In this document: positions 19,640 through 27,729 of the stretch, one piece after another | Layout of the letters: every line of letters begins with the position of its first letter | Numbering within the stretch: the stretch's first letter is position 1 | Virus record (IMG/VR): IMGVR_UViG_3300017917_002466 | Span: 62,001-126,000 of that record | Length of the DNA stretch: 64,000 bases | Direction: 5' to 3' (one strand) | The notes under the pieces: generated by a model | Databases searched by the model: none | What the model was told of the DNA's origin: nothing | The model's input: the letters and a program-made list of their open reading frames with translations, nothing else | Program-made: the position numbers and the translations under genes

Positions 19640-19854
19640 AAAGTATATCAGGTATCTTCAATAAGAAATATGCTTGGGAAATCAATGGGCTTTACAAAAT
19701 AAGAAAGTTTAAAGAGGGGATTGATTTCTTTGAATTCTATTGTAAGCTAGATTTATACAAAGAAGATCATAAACCATCTTTTCAGTTATGGTTTGAGATT
19801 TTCAATTTTTTGGTATTGGATATTCACATTTATAATATGTTTCACTTAGAATAA
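19636..19854 (+). CDS. Hypothetical protein
   Basis: Coupled ORF. Confidence 0.5.
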   Translation: MKSISGIFNKKYAWEINGLYKIRKFKEGIDFFEFYCKLDLYKEDHKPSFQLWFEIFNFLVLDIHIYNMFHLE

Positions 19855-19912
19855 TAAGTTTATTTATATAAATACTCATAAGATGTGTACAGAATATTAA
19901 AGGAAAAAAATA

Positions 19913-20458
19913 ATGGATAAAATATTTGAGATTGCACTTAAAATGACTTTACAATTTGAAGGCGGATATTCAAATAATCCTAAAGACCCTGGTGGAGAAA
20001 CAAATAAAGGAATTATTAAAGCTATTTATGACTCTTATAGAAAATCTAAAAAACTTCCTTTTCAATCTGTTAAAAATATAACTGATGATGAAGTAAAAGA
20101 AATCTATTATAATAACTATTGGTTAAAAGCTTCTTGTGATAAAATCCCCGATAAAGTAGCAGTTATTCATTTTGATACTGCTGTAAATTGTGGAGTCGGT
20201 CAAGCTAATAAATTTCTTCAAAGATGTTTGAGAGTTGTTAGTGATGGGGTAATAGGAAATAAAACTATTGAAGAAATGAAAAAAGTTAAAGATAAAATTG
20301 GGCTTACTGAATTCGTCAAAAATTATTTAACAATGAGAAAAAACTATTATACTTTAATTTCAGAAAAAAATACTAATCTTAAAGTCTTTCTAAAAGGTTG
20401 GAATAATAGAATTGCTTTATTAGAAACATCAGTCAATCAAGACACTTTTTATTGTTAA
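19913..20458 (+). CDS. Glycoside hydrolase family 108 lysozyme (endolysin)
   Basis: EGGYSNNPKDPGGETNKGI, FDTAVNCG, FLKGWNNRI; late promoter at 19867. Confidence 0.9.
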   Translation: MDKIFEIALKMTLQFEGGYSNNPKDPGGETNKGIIKAIYDSYRKSKKLPFQSVKNITDDEVKEIYYNNYWLKASCDKIPDKVAVIHFDTAVNCGVGQANKFLQRCLRVVSDGVIGNKTIEEMKKVKDKIGLTEFVKNYLTMRKNYYTLISEKNTNLKVFLKGWNNRIALLETSVNQDTFYC

Positions 20459-20468
20459 GGAGGAAATC

Positions 20469-20711
20469 ATGAATTGGATACAGAAAACAGCAGTTAAGGT
20501 TGTATGGCCAATGGTAAAGAAGTTTCTTCTTGAACATATCAAGAGCGAAGAGTCACAGAAGAAGTATGTAGATATTATTAATAGGAAACTTGATATTCCT
20601 AATCTTTCAGAGGAAGCCGAGACAAAGCTTCTTAATCAAGTTTATGACGCAGGTCAAGAAGCCTTAGTTGAAATCATCAATAATTTTGATGTTGAAAAGT
20701 TGGATAAATAA
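20469..20711 (+). CDS. Hypothetical protein
   Basis: Strong GGAGG SD. Confidence 0.65.
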   Translation: MNWIQKTAVKVVWPMVKKFLLEHIKSEESQKKYVDIINRKLDIPNLSEEAETKLLNQVYDAGQEALVEIINNFDVEKLDK

Positions 20712-21209
20712 ATGTTAAAGTTAATTGGATATTGGTCTGAAACCAATAATCATATTGATAAATTGAGAAAAGAATTATCAAAACGTCTCCCCGAAGGATA
20801 CGGGGAGATGTATTTGAATAGCTTTAAAAATGACCCACCAAGACCTCCTTCACCATATATTCATCCTTCTATAATAGTTGACAAGCAATTCTGGAAATGT
20901 TATAATAAAGATAAGGTTATAAAGTATTTACAAGAAGGTAAAATAGTAAATCAATATAGAGGATATTCTGGTTGTCGTTTATGTAAACAGACTCTTGGTA
21001 CTTGTGAAAAAACTGATGGCATTTGGTGTTGGCCTGATAAAATGGAACATTATATTGAAAAACACGATGTAAAGCTTCCATCGGTATTTTTAGAATATTT
21101 GGAAGAAAAAGAATTTGAAATAGGCGAAATAGAAGTTGAAAGAATTGAAGAAATTGACGAAACCTTTTGGAAGGAATGGTGTAAATGCCAGAACTATTTG
21201 ACTATTTGA
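20712..21209 (+). CDS. Hypothetical protein
   Basis: YRGYSGCRLC..WCWP..HYIEKH conserved-looking motif. Confidence 0.65.
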   Translation: MLKLIGYWSETNNHIDKLRKELSKRLPEGYGEMYLNSFKNDPPRPPSPYIHPSIIVDKQFWKCYNKDKVIKYLQEGKIVNQYRGYSGCRLCKQTLGTCEKTDGIWCWPDKMEHYIEKHDVKLPSVFLEYLEEKEFEIGEIEVERIEEIDETFWKEWCKCQNYLTI

Positions 21210-21589
21210 AAGCATTAACCGAAAGAAACGAATTTCTTGATTTTGATAATGAAGAAGTCAGTAAAGACTATCAGCCATTTATGATTAATAGGTTTGTATC
21301 AATGGCTGAAGTCTTTACGCAAGTCGTTAATGAAATCAACCGATATTCTGATATTCCAAAAGAAACTCATTTTCGTTATTTATTTTCAGTTCTGCCAAAG
21401 AGAAGGCAGTTCTTTAAGTACATCAAAAAGAAGAAAGATTTGACTCAAGATGAAAAGTTAATCATCGCCCATTATTTTGAAGTTGGTCTTACAGATGCAG
21501 AAAGATACATTCAAATGCTTGACGAAAACCAAATAAAAGAGATTTTAGACATTCATCGTTACGGAAAAAATAGTTTAGCAGGTATATAA
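21185..21589 (+). CDS. gp62: Clamp loader small subunit (gp62)
   Basis: LFDYLKAL..YQPFMINRFVS. Confidence 0.8.
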   Translation: MPELFDYLKALTERNEFLDFDNEEVSKDYQPFMINRFVSMAEVFTQVVNEINRYSDIPKETHFRYLFSVLPKRRQFFKYIKKKKDLTQDEKLIIAHYFEVGLTDAERYIQMLDENQIKEILDIHRYGKNSLAGI

Positions 21590-21613
21590 ATACTTCCAAC
21601 AAAGGAGGTATTC

Positions 21614-22174
21614 ATGTACTATAAACCACCAAAAACGGATAATAAAGATCAATGGGTTCCAATCGTAGTGAAAAGTAAAGATTGGTTGGTTGGATATATA
21701 AGCGGAATACAAATGATTGAATCAATCATTTCAAACTCCCTTGAAGAAAATGGAATGGAAATTGACTTTCGTGGATTAGAATTATGCTTAGACAGTTCCC
21801 GATTTAATGATATAATGGAAGATGGAAAAAGAGAGTCTGAATGTACCACTAAAGAAATTAAAAAGTATTATGAAAGGATAATTGACCAAAAAATAGATAT
21901 GATTAAAGAACAACACCCCGACAATGAGCAAGTTTTTGAAAATTATTTTTTAGAAGTAGAGTGTTCTTGTGGGTTAGGAATTTTCTTGTTTAAAACATCA
22001 AAAGAAGTTCCAGAAAAACAATTTAGATGTTCAATATGTGGAAGAGTGGTTATAGATTATACTGAAAAAAATGATGAAGAATTTCAATACGAAGGTAATG
22101 CTTCAAATAGAGTCCAACTAATCGCAGAAGAATTATCTAAAAAAATGGAAAAAGAAGATGACGACGAAGATTAA
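21614..22174 (+). CDS. Hypothetical protein with CxC..CxxC
   Basis: SD and late promoter upstream. Confidence 0.65.
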   Translation: MYYKPPKTDNKDQWVPIVVKSKDWLVGYISGIQMIESIISNSLEENGMEIDFRGLELCLDSSRFNDIMEDGKRESECTTKEIKKYYERIIDQKIDMIKEQHPDNEQVFENYFLEVECSCGLGIFLFKTSKEVPEKQFRCSICGRVVIDYTEKNDEEFQYEGNASNRVQLIAEELSKKMEKEDDDED

Positions 22175-22197
22175 ATTTAAAACATAAGGAGAGTTTT

Positions 22198-22368
22198 ATG
22201 GTTATTCCAAAGAAAGTGAAATGTGTACATTGTAGTTCAGTAGTTGAACAAAACGGTTCTTGTTCGTGTGGAAAAGTTAAGGTCACTAATGGAACCATCA
22301 CCGAAGGAAGTTTAGGAAAAGACTACGTTGATGTTTCTGCCCAGATTCTTAATGAATCAGTTGCCTAA
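22198..22368 (+). CDS. Small Cys-rich protein (56 aa, not in ORF track)
   Basis: MVIPKKVKCVHC..CSCG; AAGGAG SD. Confidence 0.6.
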   Translation: MVIPKKVKCVHCSSVVEQNGSCSCGKVKVTNGTITEGSLGKDYVDVSAQILNESVA

Positions 22369-22393
22369 TTAACAAGTTCATTCGGAGGTTGAT

Positions 22394-23098
22394 ATGAAAA
22401 AAGTCGTGTTGATGAGCGGAAAAATCCACTGTGGAAAAAATCAATTCGCCCAGTTTCTCAAAGAAGAATTCAGGAATAAAGGTCTAAAGGTTTCCGAAGA
22501 CCTTTTTGCACGTTCTCTTAAAGACGGATGCAAAGAAGACTTTCGTAAGTTGACTAATGTCTTAGAAAGCATCTGTGAAGAAGTTAAATCCAAGATTGGA
22601 CTTTTTGTTGACCAAAGAGCCCATATGTTGAGCCCAAATATTGTCAAGGATATTGACAATTCTCTAGATAAGCTCAAGATTAAAGACGAGAACTGGTACG
22701 AAGACAAGACCGATATTACTCGTAATATTCTTCAGCTTTATGGTACTGAAATTTTCCGTAAAAGAGTAGACGAGAATTGGTGGGTCAAGCAGGTAAGGAA
22801 CCGATGTATCGCCTCAAACGACGATGTTATCATTGTCACAGACTGTAGGTTCCCAAATGAAATTACCGAAATGTTGTGTGATGATTATGAAACTGTAGTC
22901 ATTAGAATTAATAGAGATATAAATACTAATGAACAGATATCATCTCACGATTCTGAAACAGCCCTTAATAATTGGGAAATGTGGAACTATATTATTAACA
23001 ATAATGGTAATTTACAAACTTTAAAAGAATCAGCAAAAACAGTATGTGAAGATATACTACAAGAAAAATATGATTCTAACTACTTATTTAATAATTAA
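22394..23098 (+). CDS. Deoxynucleoside monophosphate kinase (gp1-like)
   Basis: SGKIHCGKN, RNILQLYGTE, TDCRFPNE, HDSE. Confidence 0.85.
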   Translation: MKKVVLMSGKIHCGKNQFAQFLKEEFRNKGLKVSEDLFARSLKDGCKEDFRKLTNVLESICEEVKSKIGLFVDQRAHMLSPNIVKDIDNSLDKLKIKDENWYEDKTDITRNILQLYGTEIFRKRVDENWWVKQVRNRCIASNDDVIIVTDCRFPNEITEMLCDDYETVVIRINRDINTNEQISSHDSETALNNWEMWNYIINNNGNLQTLKESAKTVCEDILQEKYDSNYLFNN

Positions 23099-23771
23099 TA
23101 TTAATGGAAGAACTTTTTCTTATTGGAAAAATAAAGGTTATATTATTCCAACATATAAAGATAAATTTGGACGAATAAGAGTTCAAAGAAATACTAAAAT
23201 AGAAGTCAAAGTTTCTGATTTGCCAAAAGGAAGTCATATTAAAGTTCTTTGTAAGTGTGATAATTGTGGAAAAGAAAGAATATTAAAATTTGCACAATAT
23301 AATCCAATATGTAAAAGTTGTAATTTACATTCTTATCAAAAAGACTTAAATCCAAATTGGAAAAATGGTTTTCCGAAATGTAAAATTTGTGGTTCAATAT
23401 TAAAAGACCGAAGGTCAAGTTTTTGTGTTGATTGTCTTTGGAAACAACAAGTTGGTTCAAAGCATCCAAAATATAACCACAAATTAACTGAAAAAGAAAG
23501 AAAATTATCTCATAATCGTGGTCTTAATTCAAAAAATTATTTTTGGAAAAAAGAAGTTCTACAAAGAGATAACCATACTTGTCAAAAATGTAGTTCAAAA
23601 GAATATCTTCAAGTTCATCATATTGACAATTTTAACGAAAATATTCAAAGACGTTATGATATAAATAATGGTATAACGCTTTGTAAGAAATGTCATAAAT
23701 TAATTCATAAAATTTTTGGAAATAAAACCAATACAAACCACTTAGAAAAATTTCTTTCAAAAATAATATAA
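23070..23771 (+). CDS. HNH homing endonuclease
   Basis: RDNHTCQKC..VHHI..NGITLCKKCHKLIH. Confidence 0.88.
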   Translation: MILTTYLIININGRTFSYWKNKGYIIPTYKDKFGRIRVQRNTKIEVKVSDLPKGSHIKVLCKCDNCGKERILKFAQYNPICKSCNLHSYQKDLNPNWKNGFPKCKICGSILKDRRSSFCVDCLWKQQVGSKHPKYNHKLTEKERKLSHNRGLNSKNYFWKKEVLQRDNHTCQKCSSKEYLQVHHIDNFNENIQRRYDINNGITLCKKCHKLIHKIFGNKTNTNHLEKFLSKII

Positions 23772-23783
23772 GGAGAGGGAAAT

Positions 23784-24182
23784 ATGGGAGCTTTTAAAGA
23801 TTTCGTAAACCAGAAGCTAAATGAAGAAGCCAAAAAGGTTTCAAGCAATCTTCTAAAGAACATCATAGACGTTCTCAAAGAGTACATCGCAACAGAGTAC
23901 GATTTGACAGAAGACGAGAAGATGCAGATTATCAATAATATGCAGATTGGAGTAGAAGAGCATGACAAGGGTATCTTGAAGAAAGGCCCTCGCTTTATTG
24001 CTACTTCAAACTATGATGAAGGTGAAGGAAAGTCAGTTCCAGTCGAAATCGTTATTGAGATTGTAACCGACAAGATTGGCCAGAAGCAAGAAGTTGCTCC
24101 AGCCGAAGAACCATCAGTACCAGATGAAGTTGCTGATGAAGGTGGAGAAGAAAGCACTGAGGGCAGTGGAGAGGAAGAGTAA
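23784..24182 (+). CDS. Hypothetical acidic protein
   Basis: ORF with SD. Confidence 0.65.
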   Translation: MGAFKDFVNQKLNEEAKKVSSNLLKNIIDVLKEYIATEYDLTEDEKMQIINNMQIGVEEHDKGILKKGPRFIATSNYDEGEGKSVPVEIVIEIVTDKIGQKQEVAPAEEPSVPDEVADEGGEESTEGSGEEE

Positions 24183-24185
24183 TTC

Positions 24186-24548
24186 GTGATCAAACTTAAT
24201 TTTTTAAACGAATACTATGGTTCAAAAAAACCTATTGAATCTCTTGAAGTTAATGAACTCTTAGAAATTTTAAAAAATTTTAAAAAAAGAGAAATTCAAA
24301 AACATAAAAATAATGAAAAATTTCAAACAACTAAGATAGATAAAGCTATTGAAACTACAAGTAAGCTTAATTTAAAAGGAATTTCTCTTTTAACTAAATG
24401 GATAGATATATTAAAAGAAAATGGATATTGGGAAGATAGTGACCCAATGATAGAACTTTCTAATAGATATGGCTCACAAGTTTTTGATATATATATTAAA
24501 CATAGCTCGGAAGTCCCTGTATTTATAAGAAAGGGAGTGGATTTCTAA
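24186..24548 (+). CDS. Hypothetical protein
   Basis: ORF in operon. Confidence 0.5.
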   Translation: MIKLNFLNEYYGSKKPIESLEVNELLEILKNFKKREIQKHKNNEKFQTTKIDKAIETTSKLNLKGISLLTKWIDILKENGYWEDSDPMIELSNRYGSQVFDIYIKHSSEVPVFIRKGVDF

Positions 24549-24761
24549 ATGTCAATCTTCAATGATATTGAAAAGGATATAATGTACGAAGTACTTCAAA
24601 AATGTGCTATAGATTATGCAAAGATTCACGGAGAAGATGAAAAAAATGAAGATGTAATCCTTATTAATAAGTTTCTTGAAAATATTACAAGATTTGACCT
24701 TGTAGAAGCCATTGTAGACAAACTAAAAGAAAAAGGTTACCAAATTTCTCAAAAGACTTGA
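24549..24761 (+). CDS. Hypothetical protein
   Basis: ORF in operon. Confidence 0.55.
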   Translation: MSIFNDIEKDIMYEVLQKCAIDYAKIHGEDEKNEDVILINKFLENITRFDLVEAIVDKLKEKGYQISQKT

Positions 24762-24907
24762 CAGACTTAGGAAAATGATATATATTAGATGAATATAGAT
24801 TTAAAAAAAATACCTATTAAGCTTCCAATCTTGAAGATAGATGGAGAAGAAATCAAAATTTTGGGCTTATTTAAAATCAAATATAAGAAAAAATTTTTAA
24901 AAAAACC

Positions 24908-24936
24908 TTGACAAACTCGTGAAAATATGTTATATT
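24908..24936 (+). promoter_or_regulatory. sigma70-type promoter of the tRNA array
   Basis: TTGACA-N17-TATATT; a similar promoter lies at 24758-24786. Confidence 0.75.
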
Positions 24937-24991
24937 AAGAAGGTCGATGAAAAAAGGTCAGAAACTATAAATAGTAATAGAAAGAAATAAT

Positions 24992-25068
24992 AGCGGGAGG
25001 CTAGGCCCAGTGGTCTGGAAAGTCTCATAAGCTTTCAACCTACGTGCAACTCGTAGTCCACGCAACCA
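24992..25068 (+). tRNA. tRNA-Met(CAT), atypical acceptor with 1:72 mismatch and bulge
   Basis: aaagt-ctCATaa-gcttt; T arm; CCA. Confidence 0.7.
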
Positions 25069-25084
25069 AATAAAGGAAAACATT

Positions 25085-25210
25085 ATGAAAAACATTATCT
25101 GTAAACAGCAACTCTCAAAGCATGAAGCAAGTTATATTGCCATGCCTGAATTATGCTCTTGGTTTAATGCCAATAATACAGATAGACCAGGAGCAAAAAG
25201 GGAAACCTGA
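25085..25210 (+). CDS. 41-aa putative leader peptide
   Basis: AAGGA SD; MKNIICKQQLSKHEASYIAMPELCSWFNANNTDRPGAKRET; ends 24 nt before a terminator. Confidence 0.55.
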   Translation: MKNIICKQQLSKHEASYIAMPELCSWFNANNTDRPGAKRET

Positions 25211-25233
25211 CTAATAATTTATCTTTAGGATAA

Positions 25234-25273
25234 AAAGGGAGTTGGGTAAAAACAACCGACTCCCTTTCTTTTT
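25234..25273 (+). terminator. Rho-independent terminator/attenuator before the tRNA array
   Basis: AAAGGGAGTTGG/CCGACTCCCTTT hairpin plus T tract. Confidence 0.8.
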
Positions 25274-25281
25274 GTACTGAT

Positions 25282-25293
25282 GATCTTTGACAA
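25282..25293 (+). promoter_or_regulatory. boxA-like antitermination sequence
   Basis: GATCTTTGACAA resembles rrn boxA GCTCTTTAACAA; no -10 at promoter spacing. Confidence 0.55.
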
Positions 25294-25394
25294 TTCGGGA
25301 ATTGATAAGCACTTTGTTGTGAAAAACACAACTAAAATGTAATTCTAAGCGACACCTGCTTTAAGTGGTGTGACAATATGAGAGAATATATTTT

Positions 25395-25468
25395 GCCCCC
25401 AAAGCATTAAGGTGATGCACTTGGCTCTTAACCAAGAGAAGAAGGTTCAATACCTTTTGGGGGTACCA
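25395..25468 (+). tRNA. tRNA-Lys(CTT)
   Basis: cttgg-ctCTTaa-ccaag; CCA. Confidence 0.9.
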
Positions 25469-25476
25469 AATTTTTT

Positions 25477-25562
25477 GGCGCGGATGGTAAGTGGTTGAAA
25501 TCAAACGGCTGTAACCCGTTCGCCTCACGGCTATGTAGGTTAAAATCCTACCCGCGTCACCA
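25477..25562 (+). tRNA. tRNA-Tyr(GTA)
   Basis: aacgg-ctGTAac-ccgtt; long variable arm; CCA. Confidence 0.9.
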
Positions 25563-25570
25563 AATTATAT

Positions 25571-25644
25571 AGGCTATTGGTGTAATAGAAACACATTTCT
25601 CTCCAAAAGAAAAGACAAGGGAGCATAACCTTTATAGCCTGCCA
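25571..25644 (+). tRNA. tRNA-Trp(CCA)
   Basis: tttct-ctCCAaa-agaaa; CCA. Confidence 0.85.
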
Positions 25645-25651
25645 ATTTTTT

Positions 25652-25726
25652 GCTTCCAAGGTGTTAAGGTTGCATTTCCGTCTTTTAAGCGGTAGGGTCT
25701 TGGTTCAAGTCCAAGTGGAAGCACCA
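25652..25726 (+). tRNA. tRNA-Lys(TTT)
   Basis: ctTTTaa loop; CCA. Confidence 0.88.
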
Positions 25727-25733
25727 AGTTTGT

Positions 25734-25810
25734 GGAACTGTAGCATAATTGGCTAGTGCACCACATTGTCAATGTGGGTTATGCGGGTTCAAATCCCGTC
25801 GGTTCCGCCA
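25734..25810 (+). tRNA. tRNA-Asp(GTC)
   Basis: ccaca-ttGTCaa-tgtgg; CCA. Confidence 0.9.
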
Positions 25811-25818
25811 TAAGTTAC

Positions 25819-25902
25819 ACCCTCGTCGCCTAGTGGTAATGGCACCAGACTTTTAATCTGACGAGCGCAAGCTCTTCACAGGTTCAAATCCTGTCGGGGG
25901 TA
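25819..25902 (+). tRNA. tRNA-Lys(TTT) with long variable arm
   Basis: caga-ctTTTaa-tctg; gagc-gcaa-gctc extra arm; no encoded CCA. Confidence 0.75.
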
Positions 25903-25914
25903 CTAAAAAGTTAT

Positions 25915-26001
25915 TCCAGAGTATGCAAACTGACAGGGCGGCTTGACTGTTAATCAAGTGTGGGAAACCATCTGTAGGTTTAAATCCTACCTCTGGAGCC
26001 A
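25915..26001 (+). tRNA. tRNA-Asn(GTT) with long variable arm
   Basis: cttga-ctGTTaa-tcaag; tgg-gaaa-cca extra arm; G73; CCA. Confidence 0.78.
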
Positions 26002-26036
26002 AATATTAACATTTACGGAATAATAAAAAGATATAA

Positions 26037-26112
26037 GGGTCTGTAGCTACAATGATAGAGCGCGAGCCCGTTAAGCTCGGAGATGTCAGTTTAACTCTGA
26101 CCGGACCCTCCA
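26037..26112 (+). tRNA. tRNA-Asn(GTT)
   Basis: cgagc-ccGTTaa-gctcg; CCA. Confidence 0.8.
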
Positions 26113-26118
26113 AATCAA

Positions 26119-26193
26119 GCAGTGTAGGCAGATCGGCTATGCGTCACTCTTCCAAAGTGAATCTGGTGAGTTCAACTCTCGCACACTGCACCA
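26119..26193 (+). tRNA. tRNA-Gly(TCC)
   Basis: tcact-ctTCCaa-agtga; CCA. Confidence 0.88.
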
Positions 26194-26200
26194 AAATTTC

Positions 26201-26274
26201 GGGGGTTTCTTCTAGTGGAAAGAAAACTGTCTCTGAAGCAGATAACGGTGGTTCAATTCCATCAACCCTCGCCA
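26201..26274 (+). tRNA. tRNA-Gln(CTG)
   Basis: ctCTGaa loop; CCA. Confidence 0.85.
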
Positions 26275-26292
26275 AAAAGTTTTTAGAAGAAA

Positions 26293-26454
26293 GCTGGGAA
26301 ACAGAGGTTCAAATCCTCTACTGAAGTTGATTTATAGAAGTATGCTGAATTTACTGGCAGGTAAATATAAGCAGAAAATATAAATCCTTTACAAATCAAA
26401 GCCTGCCAGCCGAGATAAGTAAAGTTCAGTTCATCTAGTGGGAGAATACCTGGC
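26293..26454 (+). ncRNA. Circularly permuted tRNA-like RNA with long internal hairpin
   Basis: T arm first, D arm last; ACTGAA/TTCAGT and GCTGGG/CCTGGC helices close a cloverleaf. Confidence 0.5.
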
Positions 26455-26461
26455 GTATTAT

Positions 26462-26536
26462 GGTGGTATTGGTGTAGTAGAAGCATCTGATCCTGTGAAG
26501 ATCAAGGGTTCGGAGCATATCCGAAATATCACCCCA
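26462..26536 (+). tRNA. tRNA-His(GTG)
   Basis: tgatc-ctGTGaa-gatca; G-1, C73; CCA. Confidence 0.88.
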
Positions 26537-26544
26537 AAATTTAT

Positions 26545-26633
26545 TAGGAAGTAGGCCCGTAATTGGTAGCGGTCTTGTTCTGGAAACAAGTGGCAATATG
26601 CTCCTGGGAGTTCGAGTCTCCCCTTCCTAACCA
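26545..26633 (+). tRNA. Class II tRNA, Ser(GGA) or Pro(TGG), anticodon register ambiguous
   Basis: cttgt-tctggaa-acaag; long variable arm; CCA. Confidence 0.65.
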
Positions 26634-26641
26634 AGAATTAT

Positions 26642-26716
26642 GCCGCCGTAGCCAAGTAGAAGGTGATGCCTCTGCAAAAGGTAATCTTTGGGGCGCAACT
26701 CCCCACGGTGGCTCCA
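26642..26716 (+). tRNA. tRNA-Cys(GCA)
   Basis: ctGCAaa loop; U73; CCA. Confidence 0.88.
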
Positions 26717-26793
26717 AATTATTTTCACCAATCTGTGATTTTTTATCATCAAAAGATATAAATACCTCTGATGGGTAAACCAAAAGAGGATTT

Positions 26794-27423
26794 ATGGACT
26801 TAGAAAATAAAAGATACCAATATCTAAAAGACTGGAGAAAAAGAACTAAGCAAAGAATGGTTGATGCTTTTGATGGAAAATGTGGAATTTGTGGATATAA
26901 TAAATGTAAAGAAGCATTAGAATTTCATCATATTGATCCAACAAAAAAAGATTTTACTATTTCAAAAAACAAATTTAACAATTGGGAAAAATTAGTTAAA
27001 GAATTAAAAAAATGTATCTGTATTTGTTCAAATTGTCATAAAGAAATTCATAATGAAATAATTAAAATTCCAATTGATGTTAAAAAATTTAATGAAAATT
27101 ATAATGAATATAGAGTAGAAAAAGAAATTAATTATATTGAATGTCCAGTTTGTAAAAAATTAATGGAAGATACACGTAATTATTGTTCGATGGATTGTTT
27201 TAATAAGATTAGAGAAAAAGTAGATTGGAAAATATTTGATTTAAATAAAATGATTTTAACATCATCTATTTTAGAAATTTCTAAAATAGTTGGAGTTTCA
27301 AATACATCTATTCAAAAAAGACTAAAAAAATTAAATCTTCCTTTTAAAAGAAAAGATATTTTAAAATATAAAATGGATGCTGGCGTGGCTGGTAGTGACG
27401 GTTTGTCTGATAAACAAATGTAG
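26794..27423 (+). CDS. HNH endonuclease inside the tRNA array
   Basis: CGICGY..LEFHHIDP..CSNCHKEIH; late promoter and SD hairpin upstream. Confidence 0.87.
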   Translation: MDLENKRYQYLKDWRKRTKQRMVDAFDGKCGICGYNKCKEALEFHHIDPTKKDFTISKNKFNNWEKLVKELKKCICICSNCHKEIHNEIIKIPIDVKKFNENYNEYRVEKEINYIECPVCKKLMEDTRNYCSMDCFNKIREKVDWKIFDLNKMILTSSILEISKIVGVSNTSIQKRLKKLNLPFKRKDILKYKMDAGVAGSDGLSDKQM

Positions 27424-27451
27424 CGAAGTTCGATTCTTCGGGCATCCACCA
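27375..27451 (+). tRNA. tRNA-Ile(GAT)
   Basis: tttgt-ctGATaa-acaaa; CCA; overlaps the HNH 3' end. Confidence 0.82.
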
Positions 27452-27457
27452 AATTGT

Positions 27458-27540
27458 ACCTTGAGCGTAAAGTCGTACATGGCAGAACTCCGGACTCTGC
27501 TGTTATGTAAAACGTGGTGAAAATCCCATCCAAGGTGCCA
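27458..27540 (+). tRNA. Atypical tRNA-Arg(CCG)
   Basis: ctCCGga loop; non-canonical D and T arms; CCA. Confidence 0.55.
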
Positions 27541-27546
27541 AATTAT

Positions 27547-27622
27547 GCCGCTTGAGCAAGTGTGGTCATTGCATCAGTTTGAAGAACTGACTAACACGGT
27601 TCGATTCCGTGGGGCGGCACCA
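27547..27622 (+). tRNA. tRNA-Phe(GAA)
   Basis: tcagt-ttGAAga-actga; CCA. Confidence 0.9.
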
Positions 27623-27729
27623 AGTTTTTATAAATACAAGTAGAAGTTTGGTCCTCAAAAGAAAGATTCAATTTAACCAAAAAGTTACTGAACAAGGAGA
27701 AATCTATTGAAAATACTTAAACCAGGAAC

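Noticed and set aside
26293-26454. Permuted (two-piece) tmRNA
   Set aside because: There is no Ala G3:U70 acceptor, no CCA, no tag ORF, and it has a D stem.
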